Positions 7,401 through 16,645 of a stretch of DNA of 40,462 nucleotides are shown piece by piece; the stretch's first letter is position 1; each line of letters begins with the position of its first letter. The DNA is from Bacillota bacterium. GTDB taxonomy: Bacteria > Bacillota > Dethiobacteria > DTU022. The notes below the pieces were generated by a model that was given only the letters and a program-made list of their open reading frames with translations, did not search any database and was not told the DNA's origin. The stretch is from NCBI GenBank assembly GCA_012797175.1, contig JAAZPQ010000145.1, positions 1 through 40,462 of the forward strand, in the 5' to 3' direction. The position numbers and the translations under genes were made by a program.

Positions 7401-10112
7401 TTATATGGTCTGACGGTTGATTAAACCCCGGCGGGCGGCAAGAAGCTGCCGCCAGCGGGCTTCGCTTAAGGGACGGTCAAAACTGCGCAGGTCGGCCAGC
7501 CTAAAACCGTGGCGGGCGGCCCACCGGCGCGTCTGTAAAATCGATTCCAGGTTGACCCCCGTGGAGCCGAGGCTGAAATGCTCGTAGCGGCGCTCCAGCG
7601 CCAGCATCACGGTTTCAGCCATGCAGGCGTAAGCCAGCCCCGGCGGAAAACCAAAGTCCCAGCCCAGGTCAGGACGCCCGGGCAGCTCGACCACCCCGCC
7701 GTCGATAACCAGCACGTCGGGGCGGGTCTGCTCAACATCTGCGCTGACATTGGGCGGCCTTGAAATATCGCAGACCACCGCCCCCGGCTGGAGATCTTGA
7801 GGCCGGATCAGCTTACTGCGGCTGTTAGTGGCGCTAATGACAATCCCGGCTCGCGGGAGCGCCTCTTGCACAGAGGTAGTGATCTGGATCGGCCCTCCAC
7901 GGCGGGCGGCGGAGCGGGCGAAGGTGATAAAATCATCGAGAGGCGCCTCCGGCGGGGGCAGCTCTTTACAGTCCGCAAGGTAATCACCGATGCTACCGCC
8001 CGGCAGCCGGCAACCAGCCTGCAGCAAACCGGCAAGGTAACGGTAAATCTCTGCGGCAACCCCCAGCATCCGCCGGCTACCGGTGCTTTTATGGTTGCTA
8101 TGCGGATTTCCAACCAGGATCAGCCCGCCCACCGCCTCGGAGAGAAGCAGGGCCATCCCCCTGCCGATCGATCCAGCAGCCCCGATGATCGCCGCAGTGC
8201 TGTACTGCGGCAAGACCTTAATCTTATCACAGGCCGCCTGGACCGCCTCCACCGCCGAGACGACGGTATAGCTATTGCCGGTCGTCAGCGGAACTCCCTC
8301 CTCTTTCAGGTAGAGCCCGCCCCCGGAGGCTACGGCGGTGTAGGCGCCCAGGCCGACAACGCCGGCGCCACCTTCCCGGGCCAGGTTCAGCGCCTGCCGC
8401 AGCTCCTGCTGCGCCTGCGCCCGGGACATTTGCACCAGCTCTCCGGCCGTGCGCGGCACGACGATAAATTCACCGCAAGCGCTCCGGCCATCCTTTGATC
8501 TTATCCTCACCCGGGAGATCACAAAAGGCTGCACCAGGCTGCTCCACTTTTGGGCCAGGATAGCAAGCTCGTCTTCGCTGAATAGTAACAGGCTTTGATC
8601 AAATTGAGGGTAACTCTGCAGATCAAGAGGGTGAACCAGAAAAGCAAAACGGCCCACGTCGCTTGTAGTAGCCGCAGCGCCCACGGCAGCGGCCCCGTTA
8701 TCCGCCCTCTTTAAAAGAGCCGTTTCTGCCGTTCTTGGCGAGCCGGCAGACGGTGCCGGCTCCGGGACTACCGTTTTCTCCATTTCGTCCCCGCGGGGAA
8801 ACTCTTTGGAAACTAAAAATGAAAAGAATTTCGCCGCGTTTGCTTCGTTCAACACGGCCAGCATATCGGCAATGCCCACCAGGATACGGCGGCACTGCGC
8901 AGCGGTAATCGTAAGCGGCGGCTCGATGCGGATAACGCTGCCGCCGTTTAGCGTAGGCGCCACGCGGATCTTCTCCCGGTTCAACAGGTAGGCGGAGACC
9001 GCCGAGGCGAGAAGCTCCTGTTCGGCGGTAACCCCGAGCAGGCTGCCGGCAAAATAGCCCCTATCGACACCGAGCTCCAGGCCGAGCATTAACCCTCTCC
9101 CGCGCACGGCACTAATGATCTGCGGGTATTCCCTGTGCAGGGACTCCAGCCCCTCCTTCAAGAGGGCCCCCTGCTCCCGGGCAGCATGCAGCAGCGCGCC
9201 GCCGTTTGAGGTAAGCTGCTCCAGCACCCGCAGGCCTACCCGGCAGGCGAGGGAATTTCCGGCAAAGGTTGATGAATGCTTCAGGGCAAAATCGGCGTTG
9301 TAAGCGGCGACAGTGCTGAGGCAGGCGCCGATAGGCAACAGGCCGCCTCCTAAGGCCTTGGCCAGCAGCAGCAGATCGGGGGTGACCCCTTCTTCTTCGC
9401 AAGCAAAAAGGTGTCCCGTCCGCCCCAGGCCGGTCTGGATCTCATCCACCACCAGGAGAACCCCGTAGCGCTCGCAGATCTCTTTAGCCCCGGCAAGGTA
9501 GCCGGGCGGCGGGACGACAATTCCGCCTTCGCCCTGGATCGGCTCGACAATGAAAGCAGCATAAGCCTGGGGTGCTTTAGCAAGTTTATCTTCAAGTGCG
9601 TCGAGAACGCCGTATTCAACAAAGTCAAATCCTTCCGCCGGAGCGCCGAAAGGCGCCTGGTAAGCCGGGTTCCCGGTAGCGGAGAGCGCCCCGAGAGTTT
9701 TACCGTGAAAGCTGTTCTCTGCCGCTAAAATCCCTTGGCGCCCCGTGGCCGAGCGGCAGAGCTTCAGCGCCGCCTCCACCGCTTCGGCGCCGCTGTTAGT
9801 AAAGGTAACGTAGCGCAAACCGGGCGGGGCCAGCTCTACCAACCGCCGCGCCAGCTCCCCGGCGGCATCGAGAAATGAAGGCTGGACAAAATTAGGCTCC
9901 CCGGAGTGGCGAAAATCAGCCACGGCCTCCCAGATACTCGCCGGGTTATGCCCGAAAGGCAGCGCCCCGTAAGCGGCAATGCAATCGAGGTAACCATTGC
10001 CGTGGTCATCGTAAAGGTAGCAGCCCTCTCCCCGGACAAAGGTTTTATCCAGAGCCACGTTATGCAGCAGCTCGCCTAAATAAGGATTAAGATACTCAGT
10101 AAATGGATGCAT
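7401..10112 (-). CDS. Class III PLP aminotransferase fused to an acyl-ACP reductase-like domain (TamH-like architecture)
   Basis: N-half: NSGAEAVEAALK, SFHGKT, EPIQGEGG, DEIQTGLGRTG, LAKALGGG (PLP Lys). C-half: FAFLVHP, VGLGAYT, TTGNSYT, IIGAAGSIG Rossmann, DGGVVE, YACMAETVML (AAR catalytic-Cys motif). Start reassigned from 10151 to ATG 10112 (GGGAGG RBS). Confidence 0.85.
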   Translation of the reverse strand: MHPFTEYLNPYLGELLHNVALDKTFVRGEGCYLYDDHGNGYLDCIAAYGALPFGHNPASIWEAVADFRHSGEPNFVQPSFLDAAGELARRLVELAPPGLRYVTFTNSGAEAVEAALKLCRSATGRQGILAAENSFHGKTLGALSATGNPAYQAPFGAPAEGFDFVEYGVLDALEDKLAKAPQAYAAFIVEPIQGEGGIVVPPPGYLAGAKEICERYGVLLVVDEIQTGLGRTGHLFACEEEGVTPDLLLLAKALGGGLLPIGACLSTVAAYNADFALKHSSTFAGNSLACRVGLRVLEQLTSNGGALLHAAREQGALLKEGLESLHREYPQIISAVRGRGLMLGLELGVDRGYFAGSLLGVTAEQELLASAVSAYLLNREKIRVAPTLNGGSVIRIEPPLTITAAQCRRILVGIADMLAVLNEANAAKFFSFLVSKEFPRGDEMEKTVVPEPAPSAGSPRTAETALLKRADNGAAAVGAAATTSDVGRFAFLVHPLDLQSYPQFDQSLLLFSEDELAILAQKWSSLVQPFVISRVRIRSKDGRSACGEFIVVPRTAGELVQMSRAQAQQELRQALNLAREGGAGVVGLGAYTAVASGGGLYLKEEGVPLTTGNSYTVVSAVEAVQAACDKIKVLPQYSTAAIIGAAGSIGRGMALLLSEAVGGLILVGNPHSNHKSTGSRRMLGVAAEIYRYLAGLLQAGCRLPGGSIGDYLADCKELPPPEAPLDDFITFARSAARRGGPIQITTSVQEALPRAGIVISATNSRSKLIRPQDLQPGAVVCDISRPPNVSADVEQTRPDVLVIDGGVVELPGRPDLGWDFGFPPGLAYACMAETVMLALERRYEHFSLGSTGVNLESILQTRRWAARHGFRLADLRSFDRPLSEARWRQLLAARRGLINRQTI

Positions 10113-10162
10113 AGTTTTCCTCCCAGCGCCTGTGCACATTTTTGTGCGCATGTTCTTTCTCC

Positions 10163-10191
10163 ATTCTACCGGATCTCCTGCCCCTTGGCAA
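10163..10191 (-). promoter_or_regulatory. SigA-type promoter of the fusion gene
   Basis: TTGCCA-N17-TAGAAT on the minus strand about 50 nt upstream of ATG 10112. Confidence 0.65.
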
Positions 10192-10193
10192 GA

Positions 10194-10226
10194 GGTGACA
10201 GGGGGACGTTTCTCTTGTCACCTAAA
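10194..10226. repeat. 33-bp palindromic REP-like repeat, copy 1
   Basis: GGTGACAGGGGGACGTTTCTCTTGTCACCTAAA is the exact reverse complement of 23387-23419. Confidence 0.9.
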
Positions 10227-10256
10227 GGAGCTCTGCCAAAACAGGCGGTACGCATT

Positions 10257-10280
10257 CGGGGCGGCGCATGCGCCGCCCCG
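10257..10280. repeat. Perfect 24-bp palindrome
   Basis: CGGGGCGGCGCATGCGCCGCCCCG. Confidence 0.8.
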
Positions 10281-10424
10281 GTAAAATATACCTTCACATC
10301 TTCTTTGAACCAGGCTTAGAAAACCCTGAGCAACCCTTTTTGACCGCCAGCTTTCTTCTTTTAACTTTCAAGATGCAAGGTAGAGCCCCCTCTACGACAC
10401 AGCCGTTCTTCTTTCTAAGCAGAA

Positions 10425-11735
10425 TTAAGCTTTCTTCGGGACAATCACCGAAACAGCATGCCTTTCAGGAACCAGGACCTCTTCGAGAAGGGCCTGGACC
10501 TCGTTTAGGGTGATCTGCTGCAGTATCGCCGGGTAGTTAAACAGGTCGCTGCCGCGAAAGCGGTACGCCAGGTAGTTGTGGGCAATAAATTCTAGAGAGT
10601 TAAAGCGGCGCATGAAGTTGCCCAGCTGGCTGCGCCGGTGGCGCTCGAACTGCTCTTCACCAAGGCCTTCCTGCTTCGCCCTGGCGATGGCTTCCATAAT
10701 CCGCTCGTAGAGCTGGTCCGGATCCCTGGTGCCCCCCCCGATAAGGACATAGCCGTAGCTCGGCTCAGCGGTATAACCGACATCAAAGCGATCGTCGATG
10801 AGCATCTCCTCATAAAGCTCGTTGAAAAGCGGCTCGCTGGGCCCGAACAGGATATCGAGCAAAATCTCCATAGCGCTCTCCCGGCGCAGCAGGGCATCAC
10901 CTTTAAGCTGCGCCACCGCCGGGTCTTTAAAACCGAGATTGAAGAGCGGCTCCGAGACCACCATTTCGCGGGTAGTCCGCTGCCGCAACACTGCCTCCGG
11001 TTCGTCCGGATAGAGCCTGATGATCTCACCAAGCTCTTTATAGTTACGCCGGGCGATATTTTCCTCGACCTGCTGCCAGACCCGGTCCGGATCGAGATCG
11101 CCAACCACGAAAAGGGCCATGTTGCCGGGGTGATAAAAACAGCGATAGCACTGGTAGAGCAGATCGGGAGTGATCTGGGCGATGCTTTCTACCGTGCCGG
11201 CGATATCTTCGCGCACCGGATGGTGCTGATAAAGCGACTGTAGCATATCGAAAAAGATACGCCAGTGGGGGTTATCTTCGTACATACGGATCTCTTGCCC
11301 GATAATCCCCTGCTCTTTGCTCACCGATTCATCTGTAAAATAAGGCTCCTGGACAAAATCGAGCAGCAGCTCGAGGCATTCGGAAAAGTGATCGGTAGTC
11401 GAAAATAGATAGGTGGTATGCGTGAAAGTAGTAAAGGCATTTGAGGAGGCTCCGTAGGCGGCAAAGCGATCAAAAACATTCCCCCGCTCGTCTTCAAAAA
11501 GCTTATGCTCTAGAAAATGAGCTACCCCTTCGGGAACCTTCACCGTCTCGCCGCTCCCCTCTACCCGAAAATGGTTGTCGATCGAGCCGAAGCGGGTTGA
11601 AAAAGCGGCATACTTGCTCTGGTAACCGGCCTTCGGAAGAACATAGAGCAGCATCCCCGGGTAAATTTTGTAGCAGAAGAGGGTCTCCTGCAGCTCGTCA
11701 AATTGGCGCACTGTTTTACTGTTCTTGTCGGACAT
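10425..11735 (-). CDS. ymfH: M16 family zinc peptidase, YmfH-like
   Basis: FGSID, VPEGVAHFLEHKLFE (HXXEH), NAFTTFTHTTYLFS, KEQGIIGQEIRMYED; start reassigned from 11756 to ATG 11735. Confidence 0.9.
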   Translation of the reverse strand: MSDKNSKTVRQFDELQETLFCYKIYPGMLLYVLPKAGYQSKYAAFSTRFGSIDNHFRVEGSGETVKVPEGVAHFLEHKLFEDERGNVFDRFAAYGASSNAFTTFTHTTYLFSTTDHFSECLELLLDFVQEPYFTDESVSKEQGIIGQEIRMYEDNPHWRIFFDMLQSLYQHHPVREDIAGTVESIAQITPDLLYQCYRCFYHPGNMALFVVGDLDPDRVWQQVEENIARRNYKELGEIIRLYPDEPEAVLRQRTTREMVVSEPLFNLGFKDPAVAQLKGDALLRRESAMEILLDILFGPSEPLFNELYEEMLIDDRFDVGYTAEPSYGYVLIGGGTRDPDQLYERIMEAIARAKQEGLGEEQFERHRRSQLGNFMRRFNSLEFIAHNYLAYRFRGSDLFNYPAILQQITLNEVQALLEEVLVPERHAVSVIVPKKA

Positions 11736-13023
11736 CCGGCAACACCCCTTCCTCACCTTGCAGCAGATAGACGGTATCGAGCCCGATCTTCTCTGCTACA
11801 GCTTTAATATCATTTAGGCCGACCTCTTCAAGGGCTCGAATCATCTCGGCCGTGCTGTATTTCTTCCCGCCGACCTCACCGTCGAGATGGCGGTTGATAT
11901 GCTGGTAGGGGTTATCTTCTTGAACGCGAAGCCGGTTGATCAGGCCCCGGCGGCTGTTCTCCAGCTCGAGCTCGCTGATCTGGCCGCGGGCCATCGCCTC
12001 AACCTGGCTCTCGATAATCTCCCGAGCCATCTCATATTTATTTCCCTCTATCCCTGCTGCGATAAGCATGATCCCTTTTTGCTTCTCCAGCCGCGAGTAA
12101 ACGTAGTAAGCCAGGCTGGCCTTCTCGCGAACATTGAGAAAAAGCTTTGAATGCGGAAAGCCCCCCAGTATGCCGTTGTATAGGACCAGGGGAAAGTAAA
12201 GCGGGTCGTCATAGGCGATATTGGTCCGGTAACCGAGGACCAGCTTGGCCTGGCCTACTGGCATCTTTTCTTGAATAAACCTCGCCTCAGCAGGTTCAAC
12301 ATAGACCGCTGTTTCCGGAAGGTTATTTCTCTGCGGCCCACGGCTGAAATAGAGCGTCTCCCGGGCCACCTCCTCCGCCTGCTTCGCATCGAGGTCTCCG
12401 ACGATATAAAGCTCCATCGGGTTCGTGGAAAGAAGCTCACGATAGTAACGCCAGAGAGAAGCAGGGTCAATCTTCTCCAGGTCTTCAATCCGGCCGTATT
12501 TAAACACCCCATACCTCTCTTCGGCACACATCTCTTGCAGGCATCTCTCCACGGCGTAGAGCGCTTTGTCATTAATCAGGCTCCTGATTGTTTTTTCCAG
12601 CTGCTCTTTTTCCTGAACTACGTATTCTTCTTTGAAACCGCCGTTCACCACCAGGGGATCACCGATCACTCCACCGAGGATGGATAAGCCCCGGCGCAAC
12701 ATCTGCTCACCCTCGCCGACATACTTTCCGTGCATCATCTCCAGCGAACAAGAGATCAGGTGGCGCTCCCCCTTCTTATGCACACCTGTGGTTAATTCGG
12801 CACCGTAGAGCTGCTCCAGTTCACGGCGCAACGTCAAGTTGTCGGGGTACTGCCGGCTGCCCCGTTCTAAAACCGAGGGCAGCAACGCGGTGAAAGTGGC
12901 CTTTTCGGCAGCAAGCTCCTGGTGGATAAAGAGGGCCATGCTGATAGTCTTGAATTTTGCCGTCGGGATAATGGTCAGCCGGATCCCGTTCGGCAGTAGC
13001 ATACTAACACTCTCTTGAACCAA
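11716..13023 (-). CDS. ymfF: M16 family inactive peptidase partner, YmfF-like
   Basis: KFKT, YGA.L, NGILGGFPHSKLFLNVREKASLAYY; no HXXEH; overlaps the start of ymfH. Confidence 0.88.
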   Translation of the reverse strand: MVQESVSMLLPNGIRLTIIPTAKFKTISMALFIHQELAAEKATFTALLPSVLERGSRQYPDNLTLRRELEQLYGAELTTGVHKKGERHLISCSLEMMHGKYVGEGEQMLRRGLSILGGVIGDPLVVNGGFKEEYVVQEKEQLEKTIRSLINDKALYAVERCLQEMCAEERYGVFKYGRIEDLEKIDPASLWRYYRELLSTNPMELYIVGDLDAKQAEEVARETLYFSRGPQRNNLPETAVYVEPAEARFIQEKMPVGQAKLVLGYRTNIAYDDPLYFPLVLYNGILGGFPHSKLFLNVREKASLAYYVYSRLEKQKGIMLIAAGIEGNKYEMAREIIESQVEAMARGQISELELENSRRGLINRLRVQEDNPYQHINRHLDGEVGGKKYSTAEMIRALEEVGLNDIKAVAEKIGLDTVYLLQGEEGVLPDVRQEQ

Positions 13024-13079
13024 GTTTGCAAACCTCCTCGTCTAAAACTCTACTGGTTAAGTATTCCATTGAACAGAAG

Positions 13080-15452
13080 TTAATCCTGCCGCTCTTTTTT
13101 CAGATCTAGCCCCCGGAGAAGGTTTTTCTGCATAATCAAGATCAGCGCCGGAGGGACTACATAGAGAAGCAGCGTTGCCGCAGCAACTACCCCGGAATCG
13201 TTTGTCAGCAGGGCGGCGGCGGCACCGGCCAGGGCGGCTCTTACGCCGGTAACCAGGTAAGGCTGCTCCTCCCGCAGCCGCTTCCAGAGGCCGACCGGGT
13301 AAAACGAAAGAACTGCGCAGAGCCCGACCAGGGTGACAAAAGCCCGGCTCCAGATAGAATAGCGTACCAGCCTTAGATTCATCCTCATTTTACGCAAAAC
13401 CGTCTCCCAGAAACCAGCCGGACCGCGTAAGCGGACCATCTCTCCAAAGAGTCCGACATGAGAGGGCAGCAGCCGGGGATGATAGATATTCAACAACCAG
13501 AGCAGCCCTAAGGTGAAGAACAGAAAGAGAGCCACGCTGAACGCTGCCCTCTTCTTACACCCGCTAACCGGCCCGGTGAGCCCGGATAAACCGGCCCACG
13601 ATGCTCCGAAAGCTACCGCCGCCGTCAGGCTTCCGCCAAGGTTGGCTCCAAAATTCGGCGCAGCCAGAACAAATATGATGATACCATAAAAAAGTAAGAT
13701 CGCCCCGCCCAGCAAGAAGGATACCCTTTTTGATCGCAGCCCTCTCTCCGGCAAAGAAGACGGCCCGGTGGCAAAGGCGGCCAGAGAACGCGTCCCCAGT
13801 AAAGCCGACCCGATCAGCACCCCCATGTATTCATTACCAATCCCGTAGTAGCGCGCCCCGCCAACGGTGTCGTAACTGAACAAAGAGAGCTGCTGCAGAG
13901 GGGCCCCGGCCAAGGTATCAACAAGCAGGGCCAGGGCAATAGAGCAGCCGAGCAGGGCCCAGTACAGAAGCTGTTCTCTGTTTGCCAGAGGATGCAGCAG
14001 CACCGCAGGTAGCAGGGCCGCCCCGCCAAGAAGCAGCCCGCTGTGCAGTAGCGAAGGTAGCGGAAAGCGAACCGGACCGGGGAGCAGCAGCAGCACCAGG
14101 GGAATAAGAAGCAGCAGCTCGATCAGCCAGGAGGCCGGTCGCAGGGCTGAACGATTTTTTAGAAGTAGCCCCACCAAGGCGGCCAAAAGTACCACTACCA
14201 GGGCGGCAATATAGCCTTTCAGCAGTGCGGGACGTTGGTCGAAGACCAGTGCGGTCCGGTTATTGAAAAGCTCTAAAAAGGTCAGCGGTTTTTTTTCCGG
14301 GATGATCCTGAAGGAGGCGACCGAGTAAAAAGCAGCCGCACTGTTTCTACTATCAAGTAAAGAGATGATTAGCGAAGCGAGGTCGGTATTCTGGACCAGC
14401 CCCGGGCGGCGGGTAGAGGCGCTGCCGAGCAGCCCGGGCCCGGGGCCGCCGGCGGTAACCAGAAGTAAAGGAGTAAGCTGATCTCCGCCGGTAGGACGGT
14501 TCAACGGCAGAGAGGGTGCCGTCACGAGCAGCAAGCTGTTCTGATCAAGCAGTGGTAATAGTTTCCCGATCAGTAGATCTAGATGTTCCATGGTCAGCTT
14601 GAAAAGCGCTTCCCCTCTTGCCGGGTTCAGCTGCGGCCAGTAATCATCGAGGCGGGTGCTGTCCCCGAATTCGACCAGGTGCAGGCTGGCCGCTTCGATA
14701 TTTGCAGCTACGGTGCCAGCGATCTTATCAATATCTGTCCGCACCCCATAAGGGAAGAGAGGAGCATTTTGCAGCAGATCGGCCCCTACCGCCCCGGCGG
14801 GGACTTCTCCGCCGGAATCCATGGCTATGAGCACTGCGCTGCGGTTTGGTGTAGCCGCGTCGGCGTTACCCCAAACTGCTGCGGTTAAACCTTTCTCTTT
14901 CAGCATCTCCCCTAATAACCCTACTGTAACCGGGTAGGAGAGGGTGCTGTTTTTCTTTTGCAGTGCGGCGGCCTGGAGATGAAAAAGCGCCCCGGCAGGG
15001 TCATTTCCGGTGCAGCGCTTAAAAACTACTTCAGCCTTTTCTCCTTCGATCAGCTCCCCCCTGCCAAAAGCGCTTCTCCCTTCCGGGCCAGCTACCGCCC
15101 GGGCGGCGGTGCCGAGGCTCAGATAGCCGCTCTCGCTACCCGCCTTTCCGCTGCGCACGTTCATCAGGGCCACCGCCTCCTGCTCGAGAAGTTGAGAGAG
15201 GTTCGGCCCCGCCCCGCACAGCAGATCGCTATAAGTAAGCCGGTCCGCCAGCAGCAGAATAACCCGTCTCTCTTCTTCTCCGTTTTCGGCAATGGCAAAA
15301 GGGCGCCACGGCTCCGCCTGATCGCGAATCCACTGTGCGACCATGAAAAGAACTAAGGAGAGCACCACCGCCGCCGCAACCAGGGCGGTTAAAAGCTCTC
15401 TGTTCAGGCGCAGCCCCTTGGAGCCCGGTCCCGGCCTCTCTTTTTGAATCAC
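13080..15452 (-). CDS. Large polytopic membrane protein with an extracytoplasmic alkaline-phosphatase-like domain
   Basis: N-terminal TM segment, soluble domain (LLLADRL, SGYLSLG, STRRPGLVQNTDLA), about 10 C-terminal TM segments containing GGARYYGIGNEYMG and LLTNDSGVVAA; likely GTG start at 15452 overlapping the GT4 stop (ORF track start 15500). Confidence 0.7.
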   Translation of the reverse strand: MIQKERPGPGSKGLRLNRELLTALVAAAVVLSLVLFMVAQWIRDQAEPWRPFAIAENGEEERRVILLLADRLTYSDLLCGAGPNLSQLLEQEAVALMNVRSGKAGSESGYLSLGTAARAVAGPEGRSAFGRGELIEGEKAEVVFKRCTGNDPAGALFHLQAAALQKKNSTLSYPVTVGLLGEMLKEKGLTAAVWGNADAATPNRSAVLIAMDSGGEVPAGAVGADLLQNAPLFPYGVRTDIDKIAGTVAANIEAASLHLVEFGDSTRLDDYWPQLNPARGEALFKLTMEHLDLLIGKLLPLLDQNSLLLVTAPSLPLNRPTGGDQLTPLLLVTAGGPGPGLLGSASTRRPGLVQNTDLASLIISLLDSRNSAAAFYSVASFRIIPEKKPLTFLELFNNRTALVFDQRPALLKGYIAALVVVLLAALVGLLLKNRSALRPASWLIELLLLIPLVLLLLPGPVRFPLPSLLHSGLLLGGAALLPAVLLHPLANREQLLYWALLGCSIALALLVDTLAGAPLQQLSLFSYDTVGGARYYGIGNEYMGVLIGSALLGTRSLAAFATGPSSLPERGLRSKRVSFLLGGAILLFYGIIIFVLAAPNFGANLGGSLTAAVAFGASWAGLSGLTGPVSGCKKRAAFSVALFLFFTLGLLWLLNIYHPRLLPSHVGLFGEMVRLRGPAGFWETVLRKMRMNLRLVRYSIWSRAFVTLVGLCAVLSFYPVGLWKRLREEQPYLVTGVRAALAGAAAALLTNDSGVVAAATLLLYVVPPALILIMQKNLLRGLDLKKERQD

Positions 15453-16645
15453 CGCTTTTCTTTTGCTCCCGAAGAAGTAGCCAGTTCTGAAACCCGGCAC
15501 CGCGAACCGGCAAGCAGCTGCTCGTAAAGGGATGCTGTCCGGGAAAGCATCCGCTCAAGGGTAAATTGAGCCTTGACCCGTTCGCGGCAGGCCCGCCCCA
15601 AGCGGCGGGCCTGCTCCGGATCGCGGGCCAGGGAGGCGATAGCCCGGGCCAAGGCGGCAACGTCGGCTGGTGGAACGAGAAGACCGTGCACGCCGTCAGT
15701 GATCACCTCAGGAATACCGCCGACTCGCGACGCCACCACAGCGCATCCTGAGGCCGCCGCCTCCAGAACGGTAAGCGAAAACCCTTCGGTCAACGAAGGA
15801 AGGACAAAGATATCGATACCGGCCAACCGGCGCGGCAGGTCGGTGCAGTAACCGGAAAATGAAAGTCGGCGGCCCAATCCCAGCTGCCGGGCTAGCTTCT
15901 CCAAGGCGGGACGGCCGGGACCGTCACCGATAATCAGAAAGCGCATCTGCGGAAAAAGTGGCGCCAGAACAGCAGCGGCCTTCACAAAATAGGAGAGCCC
16001 TTTTTGGGGAGCAAAGCGGGCCGCCGTGCCGACAAGTAGTGCATCTTTGCTCTGGCTGCGGGAAAACCTCTCCGCGGCAGCAGTTTCAAACGGTGCCGGA
16101 TCAATGCCGTTATGGATCACGCTGATCTGCTCCTGGAGAATACCCTGGGCGGCAAGTTCATCGGCCAGGGTGTTGGAGACAGCCACATAGTGAGCCCCCG
16201 GCGCCCCCAACAACCTGCCGGCGGCCGGTAGGTATGGAGAGGCCCGGTGGGCCGGGTAATTATGCACTGTGATCAGCACAGGGACCCGGGCCAGGCGTGC
16301 CGCGGGCAATCCGGTCAACGCCGCTTTGAACCCGTGGATATGCAGCAGGTCCGGACGAAGCGTGCGCAATAACCCGTAGAGCTGCCGGAAGGTGAACAGA
16401 TCGCCTACCGGGCTAACCCCCCCGGAGAGAGGCAGGTTGAAGGAAGAGACGGCAGGAAGCCCGGCCAAGAAGGCCGGCTCATTTTCCGGCGGCAACCCCA
16501 GATAGAGAGAGTATTCCCGGCTAAAACGGCTCAGCAATTGCCGCAGATGGGCCTGCATGCCCCCGGAAGCAGGCCGGATTAGGTAAAAGATACCACTTTT
16601 TGCCGCGCAGCCATCCCCTTCGCCCCTCTTCACCTGCAACCGCAC
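15449..16645 (-). CDS. Glycosyltransferase family 4 (GT-B)
   Basis: HIHGFKA, VIHNGID, FVLPSLTEGFSLTVLEAAASG, VASRVGGIPEVITDGVHGLLVPP. Confidence 0.92.
   Translation of the reverse strand: MRLQVKRGEGDGCAAKSGIFYLIRPASGGMQAHLRQLLSRFSREYSLYLGLPPENEPAFLAGLPAVSSFNLPLSGGVSPVGDLFTFRQLYGLLRTLRPDLLHIHGFKAALTGLPAARLARVPVLITVHNYPAHRASPYLPAAGRLLGAPGAHYVAVSNTLADELAAQGILQEQISVIHNGIDPAPFETAAAERFSRSQSKDALLVGTAARFAPQKGLSYFVKAAAVLAPLFPQMRFLIIGDGPGRPALEKLARQLGLGRRLSFSGYCTDLPRRLAGIDIFVLPSLTEGFSLTVLEAAASGCAVVASRVGGIPEVITDGVHGLLVPPADVAALARAIASLARDPEQARRLGRACRERVKAQFTLERMLSRTASLYEQLLAGSRCRVSELATSSGAKEKR

Noticed and set aside
7401-10112. Plain acetylornithine/putrescine aminotransferase (argD/patA)
   Set aside because: The protein is about twice that length and carries a complete reductase domain; no arg or polyamine catabolic context
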